64,000 nt of DNA, taken from assembly GCA_951406725.2 (NCBI GenBank), contig OX597842.1, positions 31,992,001-32,056,000 on the forward strand, given 5' to 3'. Every line of letters starts with the position of its first letter. Within the stretch, counting starts at the first letter, position 1. Position numbers and translations under genes: made by a program. The notes beneath the pieces are model-generated. The model was not told the origin of the DNA. It saw only the letters and a list, made by a program, of their open reading frames with translations, and made no database searches. This stretch comes from Octopus vulgaris (lineage: Eukaryota). Of this stretch, positions 31,383-41,989 are shown in pieces.

Positions 31383-31597
31383 CCTTTCTACTCTACGCAC
31401 AAGGCCTGGAATTTGTGGGGAGGAGTATAGTCGATTACATTGACACCAGTACAGAACTGGTACTTAATTTATCGGCCCTGAAAGGATGAAAGGCAAGATC
31501 AATCTTGGCAGAATTTGAACTCAGAACACAGTGATGGACGAAATACGGCCAAGCATTTCACCCAGCGTGCTAACGATTCTGCCAGCTTGCCCCCTTA
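31380..31597 (-). mobile_element. tRNA-headed SINE with GGTACTTAATTTATCGACCCCGAAAGGATGAAAGGC-type core (family C)
   Basis: Core and B-box (GAATTTGAACTC) are shared with the copies at 49165-49720, 50617-50820 and 61025-61660. Confidence 0.8.
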
Positions 31598-31627
31598 ATA
31601 ATAATAATGATAATAATAATAATAATA

Positions 31628-31663
<36 letters not shown>

Positions 31664-31666
<3 letters not shown>

Positions 31667-32221
31667 TGCCCTGATGCAGTACCAGGCAGTGGCTCTCGTG
31701 GCTTCTGATCTTAAATGATCGGAAGTGTTATCATGTACATTGTTTTGTCTTGGTATAAAAGATGGGCTACAGCAAATATTCTGCTCAATACCACAGATTT
31801 GCTTGTCAGTTGTTTGACCTTAACCAGTTGAGCATGTCCCTCAGTGGCTGACGATATGTGCATCTCTGATCACGAGCAGAAGTAGTTGGGGAACATCATA
31901 GCCATGTGTTGAGAGGGATTCTTAGAGGTTTGAATAATTCACCTTTGGAAACATGGGTGGTTCTTTCAACATCCTTAAACAACCCTTATTCAAGGACCTT
32001 TTGAGTGGGATGTGTTACTTGACCAGAAGAAAATTCTAACTGGGCGCCACCTGCAAGGTCATGTGCTGTTTATCTTGATATGAGATCACCATGTCGCGCA
32101 CATATGGTTGTGATGCATGTGCCTGGTGTACCCTTATCAGACGGGTAGTCATGATGGGTATACTGGGCTTCGTATATTTTACCCCAGTGTCACTTTGATG
32201 GCATGAACTGCTCTCTCACTC

Positions 32222-32225
<4 letters not shown>
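31664..32225 (+). mobile_element. ~560-bp non-coding dispersed element embedded in (TAA)n
   Basis: AAATGCCCTGATGCAGTACC...CTGCTCTCTCACTC-(AAT)n. A partial copy lies at 32291-32460 and a full reverse-complement copy at 50025-50580. Orientation is inferred. Confidence 0.8.
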
Positions 32226-32257
<32 letters not shown>

Positions 32258-32702
32258 AATAATGATAATAATGATAATAATAATAATAATAAATGCCCTG
32301 ATGCAGTACCAGACAGTGGCTCTCATGGCTTCTGATCTTAACTGATTGGAAGTGTTATCATTTACATTGTTTTGTCTTGGTATAAAAGATGGGTTTTACA
32401 GCAAATATTCTGCTCAATACCACAGATTTGCTTGTCAGTTGTTTGACCTTAACCAGTTGACCGGGGTCTGGGAAGCCAGGAGGCTGTACCAGGCTCCAGT
32501 CTGATCTAGCAGAGATTCTACAGCTGGATGCCCTTCCTAAAGCCAACTACAGAGTGTAGTGGGTGCTTTTTATGTGCCACTGGCATGAGGGCCAACAAGG
32601 TAGTAGTGGAATCAATCACGCTCAAATGGTGCTTTCTCTGTGCCTCTGGCGCAGGGGCCGGTCAGGTAGCACTGGCAATGACCACGCTTGAATGGTGCTT
32701 CT

Positions 32703-32705
<3 letters not shown>

Positions 32706-32740
<35 letters not shown>

Positions 32741-33250
32741 CATTGTGTACAGTGCTCAGGTGCACTACAACTCATCTAAAGTGCATATATAATCAGGTGT
32801 AGATTCGACGGATTTCGGGAAGCATGAGGGCCTTAAAGGATGCAGTGTCATGGCAGTCAACAACTGATGCAGGCAGTTTATTCCATGCTTCAGCAACTCT
32901 GAGCGTGAAAAAATGTTTCCGAAAGTCATGGGAGCTGTATTGTTTTCTGACTTTGTAGGCATGTCCACGTGTGTTAGACACATGGAGATCAAAAAGGTGT
33001 TCAGTGTTGTTGTTGGTGAGGTGGTTGATAACCTTGTGGGTGTTTACCAAGTCCGTCGCCAAACGCCGGAGCTTCAGTGAATCCATGCCCAGGGAAACAA
33101 GGCGCTCAGAATATGGTAGGTGTCTGATGGAGGGTATGCGTTTGGTTGCACGTCTCTGGACAGATTCCAGGAGGTCAATGTTCTGAGCAAGATAGGGGTT
33201 CCAAACTGATGATGCGAATTCCAAGTGTGGTCGTATCATAGCTGTATATG
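32706..33250 (-). mobile_element. 5'-truncated 3' end of the CR1-clade LINE (third copy)
   Basis: RPHLEFASSVWNPY...WNKLPASVV, with the same 3' UTR and (TTA)n tail. Confidence 0.9.
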
Positions 33251-33411
33251 CCAATGTTCTGCATCGTAAGGACTAAAGGCTTGAAAAGTCTTGCGTTGCC
33301 CAACAGAATGTGAGAGAGGATGTTGGTGTTTTAGGAGGGAAATGTGTCTGCATGGATGATGGCTATGTATATATATATATATATCTGTATGTATGTATGT
33401 ATGTATGTATG

Positions 33412-33450
<39 letters not shown>

Positions 33451-33696
33451 ATAAATAAATAAAATATATGCATATATACATACATATATGTACATACTTA
33501 CATTTACATGTATATATACATGCATATATATATATGAGTAGAGGACACCACAAATAAACGTAGAACACAACGAGAAACGAAAACATAAAATCAAACAAGG
33601 AAACGGACTTTTTTTTAACAACGAAAAAACAGAGTACAGGACAAACAATACAAGGAAAATTCCCCTTCATCAGCTGCCCCTGGTTCGACTCAGTGC

Positions 33697-33732
<36 letters not shown>

Positions 33733-33738
<6 letters not shown>

Positions 33739-33934
33739 TAACAATGAGGGTCTTTGCAACAAGTTGCTAGACCACATACCAAAAGAATTAGAAATAGCAG
33801 CCAGAGGACTGTATTTTTCTTTTACTACAAAAGAAATAACAGTAAAAGAAAAATACAGTCCTCTGGCTGCTATTTCTAATTCTTTTAGTATGTGGTCTAG
33901 CAACTTGTTGCAAAGACCCTCATTGTTATAATTA
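33733..33934. repeat. Near-perfect inverted repeat, 94-bp arms, 14-nt loop
   Basis: 33733-33826 is the reverse complement of 33841-33934, with one mismatch seen. Confidence 0.95.
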
Positions 33935-34029
33935 GATATAATTTTACCAAATATGGTCCTTTTCCATACCGAAATTACTACTTGGTGAAATTTGTTGATT
34001 TTATTAAATTAATTATATTTCACCCTTTA

Positions 34030-34090
<61 letters not shown>

Positions 34091-34835
34091 CATCATCATC
34101 ATCGTTTAACGTCCGTTTTCCATGCTAGGATGGGTTGGACAGTTCAACCGGTGATCTGGGAAGCCAGTGGGCTGCACCAGGCTCCAGTCTTATCTAGCAG
34201 TGTTTCTACAGCTGGATGACCTTCCTAATGCCAACCACTCCGTGAGTGTAGTGGGTGCTTTTTATGTGCCACCGGCACAGGTGCCAGGGGAGGCTGGCAG
34301 CAGCCATGATCGGTCAGTGCTTTTTACGTGCCACCGGCATGGAAGCCAGTTGAGGCGGTACTGGGATCGGCCACGATTCGGATGGTGCTTTTTACGTGGC
34401 ACCGGCGCAGAAGCCAGTCAAGGTGGTGCTGGCATCAGCCACATTCGGATGGTGCTTTTTACGTGCCACCAGCACAGGTGCCAGGGTAGGCTGGCAGCAG
34501 CCACGATCGGTTGGTGCTTTTTACGTGGCACCGGCACAGGGATCACAACTACAATTTCCATTTGATGTACTCAATAGGTCTCCTCAAGCGCAGCAGGTTT
34601 CATTTGGCAGGGTTTCTACAGCCCTTCCTACCATCAGCAGCCTTACAGAATGCACTGTAAGCATTTTAAGCATTTTATCATAGCTCCTGCATTGGTTCTG
34701 GGTTCAATCCTACTTCAGTGCACCTTAAGCAAGTGTTTTCTGCGACCTCAGGCCAACCAAAGCCATGTGAGTGGATTTGGTAGACAGAAATTGAAAGAAG
34801 CCCATCGTGTGTGTGTGTGTGTGTATATATATATA

Positions 34836-35455
34836 TCATCATTTAACGTCCGCTTTCCATGCTAGCATGGGTTGGACGGTTCAACTGGGGTCTGGGGAGC
34901 CCGAAGGCTGCACCAGGCCAGTCAGATCTGGCAGTGTTTCTACAGCTGGATGCCCTTCCTAATGCCAACCACTCCGAGAGTGTAGTGGGTGATTTTATGT
35001 ACCACCGACACAGGTGCCAGACGAGGCTGGCAGACGGCCATGCTCGGATGGTGTTTTCTATGTGCCACCGACACAGGTGCCAGACGAGGCTGGCGAACGG
35101 CCACGCTCGGATGGTGTTTTTTATGTGCCACTGACACAGGTGCCAGACGAGGCTGGCAGACGGCCACGCTCGGATGGTGTTTTTATGTGCCACCGACACA
35201 GGTGCCAGATGAGGCTGGTGAACGGCCACGATCAGATGGTGTTTGTTACGTGCCCACAGCACGGAGGCCAGTCGATGCGGTACTGGCTACGGCCACGTTT
35301 GGATGGTTTTCTTGTGTGCCACCGGCACTGGTACCACAAAGATGCAAATTCCATTGATGTTCATCTATTTTGATTTGTTTTGATTTTCACTTGCCTCAAC
35401 AGGTCTTCACAAGTGTCACAAGAAGGAAGGTATGCACAGGTGGACTGACTACGTC
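34836..35455 (-). mobile_element. Family A SINE with an expanded internal ~64-bp subrepeat (x4-5)
   Basis: CCGACACAGGTGCCAGACGAGGCTGGC...GGATGGTGTTTTTTATGTGCCA repeated over 35000-35250. Confidence 0.88.
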
Positions 35456-35651
35456 ATATATCTAATAAAATTGGGTAATAATAAATTATTATTACCAGTA
35501 GCCTAGCACAAAAAACGAATTAGTCATTAGACTATATATTATTCATATAGAAATACAATAAAAGGCTTCCAAATAAGGAAGCGTTGTGCTAGAACACAAA
35601 AAAGGGATAAATTCATGAAAGGAATGAAAGTTAAAAACATTTACCATCTCA

Positions 35652-35730
35652 ACTATATCCTAGACCGACGGTTTCTAACTATTTTCAGCAAAAAAATATT
35701 TGCGAAGGCCAGTTTCTTCAGTGGGACAGC
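35652..35730 (-). ncRNA. Type I hammerhead-like motif in a Penelope-like remnant
   Basis: Minus strand reads tgtccca-CTGAAGA-AACTG..TTCGCAAA..TTTGCTGAA..TAGTT-a-GAAAC-CGTCG-GTC-taggata. Stem I has 6 of 7 pairs; there is one extra base at the foot of stem II. Confidence 0.6.
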
Positions 35731-35879
35731 ATTCATAATCCTGGACACACATACTGTTAGAAGCACATGTAGATCTAACGGTTTGTAAATCCTAACTTTT
35801 CAAACCTCTCCACAGACGCAAATCATACCCGGCGACATAGAGGATGCCGGTAAAAATTTTGAACAAATTTATCAAACAA

Positions 35880-36394
35880 CTAGCAGTATCGCCCGGCGTT
35901 GCTCGGGTTTGTAAGGGAAATAACTATATAAGCATTTTTAGAGAGTTACTTCCCTTATAGATGCCAATTCGGGCTTTCTTAGCCATTTCTGTTTTGGTGT
36001 CTTCAAGCCATGAAGTCGTTGTTCTAAAAGAACGCTGGTCTCCTTGACAACGCTTACGACGTTGATTTCCTTACACTCCCTTCCCCACAGCTTCACGAGG
36101 GAGGGAAGAAGGGGGAGAAGCAAACAGGTGCAGCTGTTACCATGGACGCCAACTCCGCCGCCATCGACACACGAAAAATTATGCATTAAAATGGAATAAA
36201 AAATGATGTTAAATTATTTTTTAAAATCGTAGACTCATCGTAGACGCGCGCTAATAGCCAGACGGGCTCGATATGAATCACGACTATAAGATACCCGAAT
36301 TTGGTTAAACTGCACCGCAAAATGTGGGAGGAGTTAGGAATCTAAATCGAAGGGGACAGACACTCACACAACTACAGTTTTATATATATATAGA
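35880..36394 (-). mobile_element. Non-autonomous Helitron
   Basis: The minus strand begins TCTATATATATAAAA and ends CCCGAGCAACGCCGGG (hairpin)-CGATACTG-CTAG. It is inserted between A and T with no TSD, which are canonical Helitron termini. Confidence 0.88.
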
Positions 36395-36434
36395 TATAGA
36401 TATTTAAACATAATAAAATAGGGTAATAATATAT

Positions 36435-37360
36435 AGGCGCAGGTGTGGTTGAGTGGTAAGAAGCTTGTTTACCAACTACATGGTTCTGGGTTCAGTCCCA
36501 CTCCATTGCATCTTGGGCAAGTATCTTCTGCTATAGTCTCGGGATGACTAAAGCCTTGTGAGTGGATTTGACAGATGGAAACTGAAAGAAGCCTGTCATA
36601 TATAGGTGTGTGTGTGTGTCTGTGTTTCTGTGTGTGTGTCTTTGTGTCTTTGTTTGCGCCCACCCCACCACATCATGGCATAGTGGTTAGTGTAGCGGAC
36701 TCGCAGTCGAGGGATCGTGGGTGTTTATGAGCGAAAACACCTAAGCTCCACGCGGCTCCGGCAGAAGGCAATGGCGAAACTTCTGCTGACTCTTTCGCCA
36801 CAACTTTCTCTCACTCTTTCCTCCTGCATCTTGCAGCTCACCTGCGACGGACCGGCGTCCCGTCCAGGTGGGAAACCTATACGCCAAAGAAACCAGGAAA
36901 CCGGCCCCAACTTTCTCTCACTCTTTCCTCCTGCATCTTGCAGCTCATCTGCGACGGACCGGCGTCCCGTCCAGGTGGGAAACCTATACGCCAAAGAAAC
37001 CAGGAAACCGGCCCCAACTTTCTCTCACTCTTTCCTCCTGCATCTTGCAGCTCACCTGTGACGGACCGGCGTCCCGTCCAGGTGGATAACCTATACGCCA
37101 AAGAAACCAGGAAACCGGCCCTTATGAGCCAGGCGTGGCTCGAGAAGGAACAAACAAATCAACAAACCCCGCATCATTACTTGACAACCGGTGTTGGTGT
37201 GTTTACATCTCTGTAACTCAGTTCAGCAAAAAAAAAAGACCCCTAGAATAGGGACCAAACATAATTAAAATAAATATTGGGGGGGATTGATTCAACTGAA
37301 ATTTCATCAAGCTGTTGCCCCAGCATGGCCGCAGTCTAAGGACTGAGACAAGTAATAGAA
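36435..37360 (+). mobile_element. OR-like SINE interrupted by a second SINE (36673-37157)
   Basis: The head GGCGCAGGTGTGGTTGAGTGGTAAG is at 36436; the body resumes at ~37175 (CTTGACAACCGGTGTTGGTGTG...CCCAGCATGGCCGCAG). Confidence 0.8.
36673..37157 (+). mobile_element. V-domain-like tRNA SINE with a triplicated 107-bp segment
   Basis: tRNA-like head with the B-box deleted; CCTGCGACGGACCGGCGTCCCGTCCAGG resembles the V-SINE core. Units start at 36801, 36908 and 37015. A related reverse copy lies at 59555-59855. Confidence 0.75.
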
Positions 37361-37588
37361 GAAAAAAAAACGTGCTACCATCTTCAAGTGATGTCCTTCA
37401 TTTCCAGTCTTCCGTGAAAACATGTCTGGCCATGGGGTGATATTTATTACCTCCCTTGGAAACGTAAGGGTTGGTTACAGGAAAGGCAACCAGCTGCAGA
37501 AAATCTGCCTCAACAAACTGTATCTCGAAAAGTGGACGTTAACCCTTTTGTCACCATATTTCTGTGAAGATGCTCTGTGTTTCTTTCA

Positions 37589-37843
37589 TCATCATCATCG
37601 TTTAACGTTTGCTTTCCATGCTAGCATGGGTTGGACGGTTCGACCGGGGATCTGGGAAGCCAGGAGGCTGCACCAGGCTCCAGTCTGATCTGGCAGTGTT
37701 TCTACAGCTGGATGCCCTTCCTAACGCCAAACACTCCGTGAGTGTAGTGGGTGCTTTTTACGTTTCAGGCGAGGCTGGCAACAGCCACGATCGGATTGGT
37801 GTTTTTTATGTGTCACCGGCATGGAAGCCAGTCAATGCGGCAC
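37589..37843 (-). mobile_element. 5'-truncated family A SINE (3' half of a chimeric insertion)
   Basis: (CAT)n tail at 37589; SINE homology ends at 37843, where the tRNA terminator starts. Confidence 0.88.
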
Positions 37844-37854
37844 AAAAAATTATC

Positions 37855-37973
37855 TGTCAGAAGTGGGATTCGAACCCACGCCCACATTATTGGACCAGGA
37901 TACTCAATGTTCTGGTTAAGGTACCATTTATGCACCTTGAGTCTAGTGCCTTAGACCGCTCGGCCATCCAGAT
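37855..37973 (-). tRNA. tRNA-Leu-CAA: Intron-containing tRNA-Leu(CAA), probable pseudogene (retrocopy)
   Basis: Minus strand reads (AT)CTGGATGGCCGAGCGGTCTAAGGCACTAGACT-CAA-G-[35-nt intron 37901-37935]-TCCTGGTCCAATAATGTGGGCGTGGGTTCGAATCCCACTTCTGACA, then GATAATTTTTT. A and B boxes are intact; the acceptor and anticodon stems have mismatches. Confidence 0.9.
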
Positions 37974-40713
37974 TAATTTTAAATATAACAAAAGAATTTA
38001 GTAAAATAACTTAGTTATCATTCAGCTAGTATTAGGAACATTAAATTACGACTAAGGTTTGGTGGGAGATTTTAATTCAGAACTTATGAAGACAAGGTAT
38101 TTGTACTACAGAGCCAGAGGTGGTTTCAGCCAGGTTCGTATCAAAAGGGTTAAGAATTGTTTCTCTATTATATATTTTAACCCTTTTGTCACCATATTTC
38201 TGTTGAGATGTTCTGTGTTTCTTTCAATTAATTTTAAATATAACAAAGAATTTAGTAAAATAACTTAGTTATCATTCAGCTAGTGTTAGGAACATAAATT
38301 GTGACTAAGGTTTGGTGGAAGATTTTAATTCAGGACTTATGAAAAACAAGACGTTTGTATTACAGAGCCAGAGGTGGTTTCAGCCAGGTTGGTATCAAAA
38401 GGGTTAAGAATTGTTTCTCTATTATATATTTTAACCCTTTTGTTACCATATTTCTGTTGAGATGTTCTGTGTTTCTTTCAATTAATTTTAAATATAACAA
38501 AGAATTTAGTAAAATAAGTTAGTTATCATTAAGCTAGTGTTAGGAACATAAATTGTGACTAAGGTTTGGTGGAAGATTTTAATTCAGGACTTTTGAAAAA
38601 CAAGACGTTTGTATTACAGAGCCAGAGGTGGTTTCAGCCAGGCTGGTATCAAAAGGGTTAAGAATTGTTTCTCTATTATATATTTTAACCCTTTTGTTAC
38701 CATATTTCTGTTGAGATGTTCTGTGTTTCTTTCAATTAATTTTAAATATAACAAAGAATTTAGTAAAATAAGTTAGTTATCATTAAGCTAGTGTTAGGAA
38801 CATAAATTGTGACTAAGGTTTGGGGGAAGATTTTAATTCAAAACTTATGAAAACAAGACATTTGTACTACAGAGCCAGAGGTGGTTTCAGCCAGGTTGGT
38901 ATTGAAAGGGTTAAGAATTGTTTCTCTATTATATATTTTAACCCTTTTTTTTTTTAGCATATTTCTGTTGAGATGTTCTGTGTTTCTTTCAATTAATTTT
39001 AAATATAACAAAGAATTTAGTCAAATAACTTAGTTATCATTAAGGTAGTGTTAGGAACATAAATTGTGACTAAGGTTTGGTGGAAGATTTTAATTCAAAA
39101 CTTATGAAAACAAGACATTTGTACTACAGAGCCAGAGCTGGTTTCAACAGGGTTGGTATCAAAAGGGTTAAGAATTGTTTCTCTATTATATATTTTAACC
39201 CTTTTGTTACCGTATTTCTGTTGAGATGTTCTGTGTTTCTTTCAATTAATTTTAATTATAACAAAGAATTTAGTAAAATAACATAGTTATCATTAAGCTA
39301 GTGTTAGGAACATAAATTGTGACTAAGGTTTGGTGGAAGATTTTAATTCAGGACTTATGAAAAACAAGACGTTTGTATTACAGAGCCAGAGGTGGTTTCA
39401 GCCAGGTTGGTATCAAAAGGGTTAAGAATTGTTTCTCTATTATATATTTTAACCCTTTTGTTACCCTATTTCTGTTGAGATGTTCTGTGTTTCTTTCAAT
39501 TAATTTTAAATATAACAAAGAATTTAGTCAAATAACTTAGTTATCATTAAGGTAGTGTTAGGAACATAAATTGTGACTAAGGTTTGGTGGAAGATTTTAA
39601 TTCAAAACTTATGAAAACAAGACATTTGTACTACAGAGCCAGAGCTGGTTTCAACAGGGTTGGTATCAAAAGGGTTAAGAATTGTTTCTCTATTATATAT
39701 TTTAACCCTTTTGTTACCCTATTTCTGTTGAGATGCTCTGTGTTTCTTTCAATTAATTTTAATTATAACAAAGAATTTAGTAAAATAACTTAGTTATCAT
39801 TCAGCTAGTGTTAGGAACATAAATTGTGACTAAGGTTTGGTGGAAGATTTTAATTCAAAACTTATGAAAACAAGTCAATTGTACTCAGAGCTGTTACAGG
39901 GTATACTGCTGTACTACTACAACTACTACTACTTCTACTACTACTGCTGCTGTTGTTATTGTTAAGCAACAAGACGGTTAAGGATGATGGTCTAGGGCTT
40001 AGGGTCAGGAGACCCCAGACCTTGGAAAAAAAAACTTTGGTCGAGGGCTCTTCGTTGACGCCCGACACCACTGGGAGGTGGCCCCTCGAAGTCGCTAGAA
40101 ATGGAGATCTCCAGGTCCAAATTCTTGAACGGCTGCTGCTGCTACTGTAAAATCAAATTATGCAATTAATCAAAGTGAAATTTATTAATTACTATACCTG
40201 GGTAAGTACAGTGAAGACTAATATTTAATGCCACTTACCCAGTTTTTCTTCGGCCCCTTGTAAAAAACAACTAACAAAGGTTGGGGTAGGATTTGAACTC
40301 CAACCCTTTGAAACTCTCACCAGCAACGATTACCCAAACAGACCCACGAATTGGAGGATTGTTACCCAAGTGGTGCAAAGGGGTCATCGCCAAAAGGGCC
40401 ATAGGTGCAGCAACACACTGTTACAGTGCATGCCCTCATAGTGCTACTATGACTAATTAATTCAATTAATTAATTAATCAAATCGTTCATTACTATACCT
40501 GGGTAAATACAGTGAAGACTATATATTTAATGCTTTTGTTCTTTTATTTGTTTCAGTCATTTGACTGTGGCCATGCTGGAGCACTGCCTTTAGCTGAACA
40601 AATCGACCCCAGAAGTTAGTCTTTGTAAGCTTAGTACTTAAGCTATCGGTCTCTTTTGCTGAAGTGCTAAGTTACGGGGATGTAAACACACCAGCATTGT
40701 TGTCAAGTAATAT

Positions 40714-40787
<74 letters not shown>

Positions 40788-40788
40788 A

Positions 40789-40961
40789 GGCGCAGGAGTG
40801 GCTGTGTGGTAAGTAGCTTGCTAACCAGCCACATGGTTCCGGGTTCTGTCCCACTGCGTGGCATCTTGGGCAAGTGTCTTCTGCTATAGCCCCGGGCCGA
40901 CCAATGCCTTGTGAGTGGATTTGATAGACGGAAACTGAAAGAAGCCTGTCGTATATATATG

Positions 40962-40994
<33 letters not shown>

Positions 40995-41191
40995 TTGTGT
41001 GTCTGTGTTTGTACCCCTAGCATTGCTTGACAACCGATGCTGGTGTGTTTATGTCCCCGTCACTTAGCGGTTCGGCAAAGAGACCGATAGAATAAGTACT
41101 GGGCTTACAAAGAATAAGTCCCGGGGTCGATTTGCTCGACTAAAGGTGGTGCTCCAGCATGGCCGCAGTGAAATGACTGAAATAAGTAAAA

Positions 41192-41195
<4 letters not shown>
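40789..41195 (+). mobile_element. Full-length OR-like tRNA SINE
   Basis: A box (TGGCTGTGTGG), B box (GGTTCTGTCCC), internal TA/TG tract, and 3' CCAGCATGGCCGCAG...GACTGAAATAAGTAAAA. Confidence 0.88.
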
Positions 41196-41222
<27 letters not shown>

Positions 41223-41227
41223 TACTC

Positions 41228-41610
41228 TCTTTTACTTGTTTCAGTCATTTGACTGTGGCCATGCTGGAGCACCGCCTTTAGTCGAGCAAATCGACCCCGG
41301 GACTTATTCTTTGTAAGCCCAGTACTTATTCTATCGGTCTCTTTTTGCCGAACTGCTAAGTGACGGGGACGTAAACACACCAGCATCGGTTGTCAAGCAA
41401 TGCTAGGCGGACAAACACACACACACAGATACATATATATATATACATATATACGACAGGCTTCTTTCAGTTTCCGTCTACCAAATCCACTCACAAGGCA
41501 TTGGTCGGCCCGGGGCTATAGCAGAAGACACTTGCCCAAGATGCCACGCAGTGGGACTGAACCCGGAACCATGTGGTTGGTTAGCAAGCTACTTACCACA
41601 CAGCCACTCC
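41228..41610 (-). mobile_element. Full-length OR-like SINE, inverted relative to the preceding copy
   Basis: Reverse complement of 40795-41190 with few differences. Confidence 0.88.
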
Positions 41611-41734
41611 ATATATATACACACACATATATACATAATTAATAATATCAGGGTAATGAAGATTTTAGAAATTTTTACTACCAGTGGCCTAGCGTATAGA
41701 AAAATTAGTCAATAGACTATATATTATTCATATA

Positions 41735-41942
41735 AATAAAATACAGTGTACATTTAAACACATCAAGAGGTATCCATCATAGGACTCCTTTACGCTAGAA
41801 AGAACAGCTAAAGTTCAAACCACTAATTAGGGATAAAATCTCGAAGGGAATGAAAAATATAAACAATGTTTGAACTTTAGCAGTTCTTTCTAGCGTAAAG
41901 GAGTCCTATGATGGATACCTCTTGATGTGTTTAAATGTACAC

Positions 41943-41953
<11 letters not shown>
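41735..41953. repeat. Inverted repeat, ~85-bp arms, 47-nt spacer (Penelope-like remnant)
   Basis: 41735-41820 is the reverse complement of 41868-41953. Confidence 0.9.
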
Positions 41954-41988
<35 letters not shown>

Positions 41989-41989
41989 T

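Larger units (their letters stand above)
37539..39875. repeat. 254-bp tandem array of piggyBac-type MITEs (6 complete, 1 split, 1 partial)
   Basis: Unit is TTAA-CCCTTTTGTTACC...(223 bp)...GGTATCAAAAGGG-TTAA plus a constant 23-bp spacer. Units start at 38177, 38431, 38685 and onward. Confidence 0.92.

Noticed and set aside
33640-33705. Hammerhead candidate CTGATGA-AGGGGAATTTTCCTT (minus strand)
   Set aside because: The stem is followed by GTAT rather than GAAA, and there is no stem III or cleavage triplet in order.
37855-37973. Functional tRNA gene
   Set aside because: It has mismatches in the acceptor stem (positions 1 and 4) and anticodon stem, its 5' bases are supplied by the MITE, and the context indicates a retrocopy.
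37972-39875. CRISPR-like repeat-spacer structure
   Set aside because: The spacers are identical and the units are MITEs.
40789-40870. tRNA genes at SINE heads
   Set aside because: A/B boxes are present but there is no complete cloverleaf, and they continue into SINE bodies.
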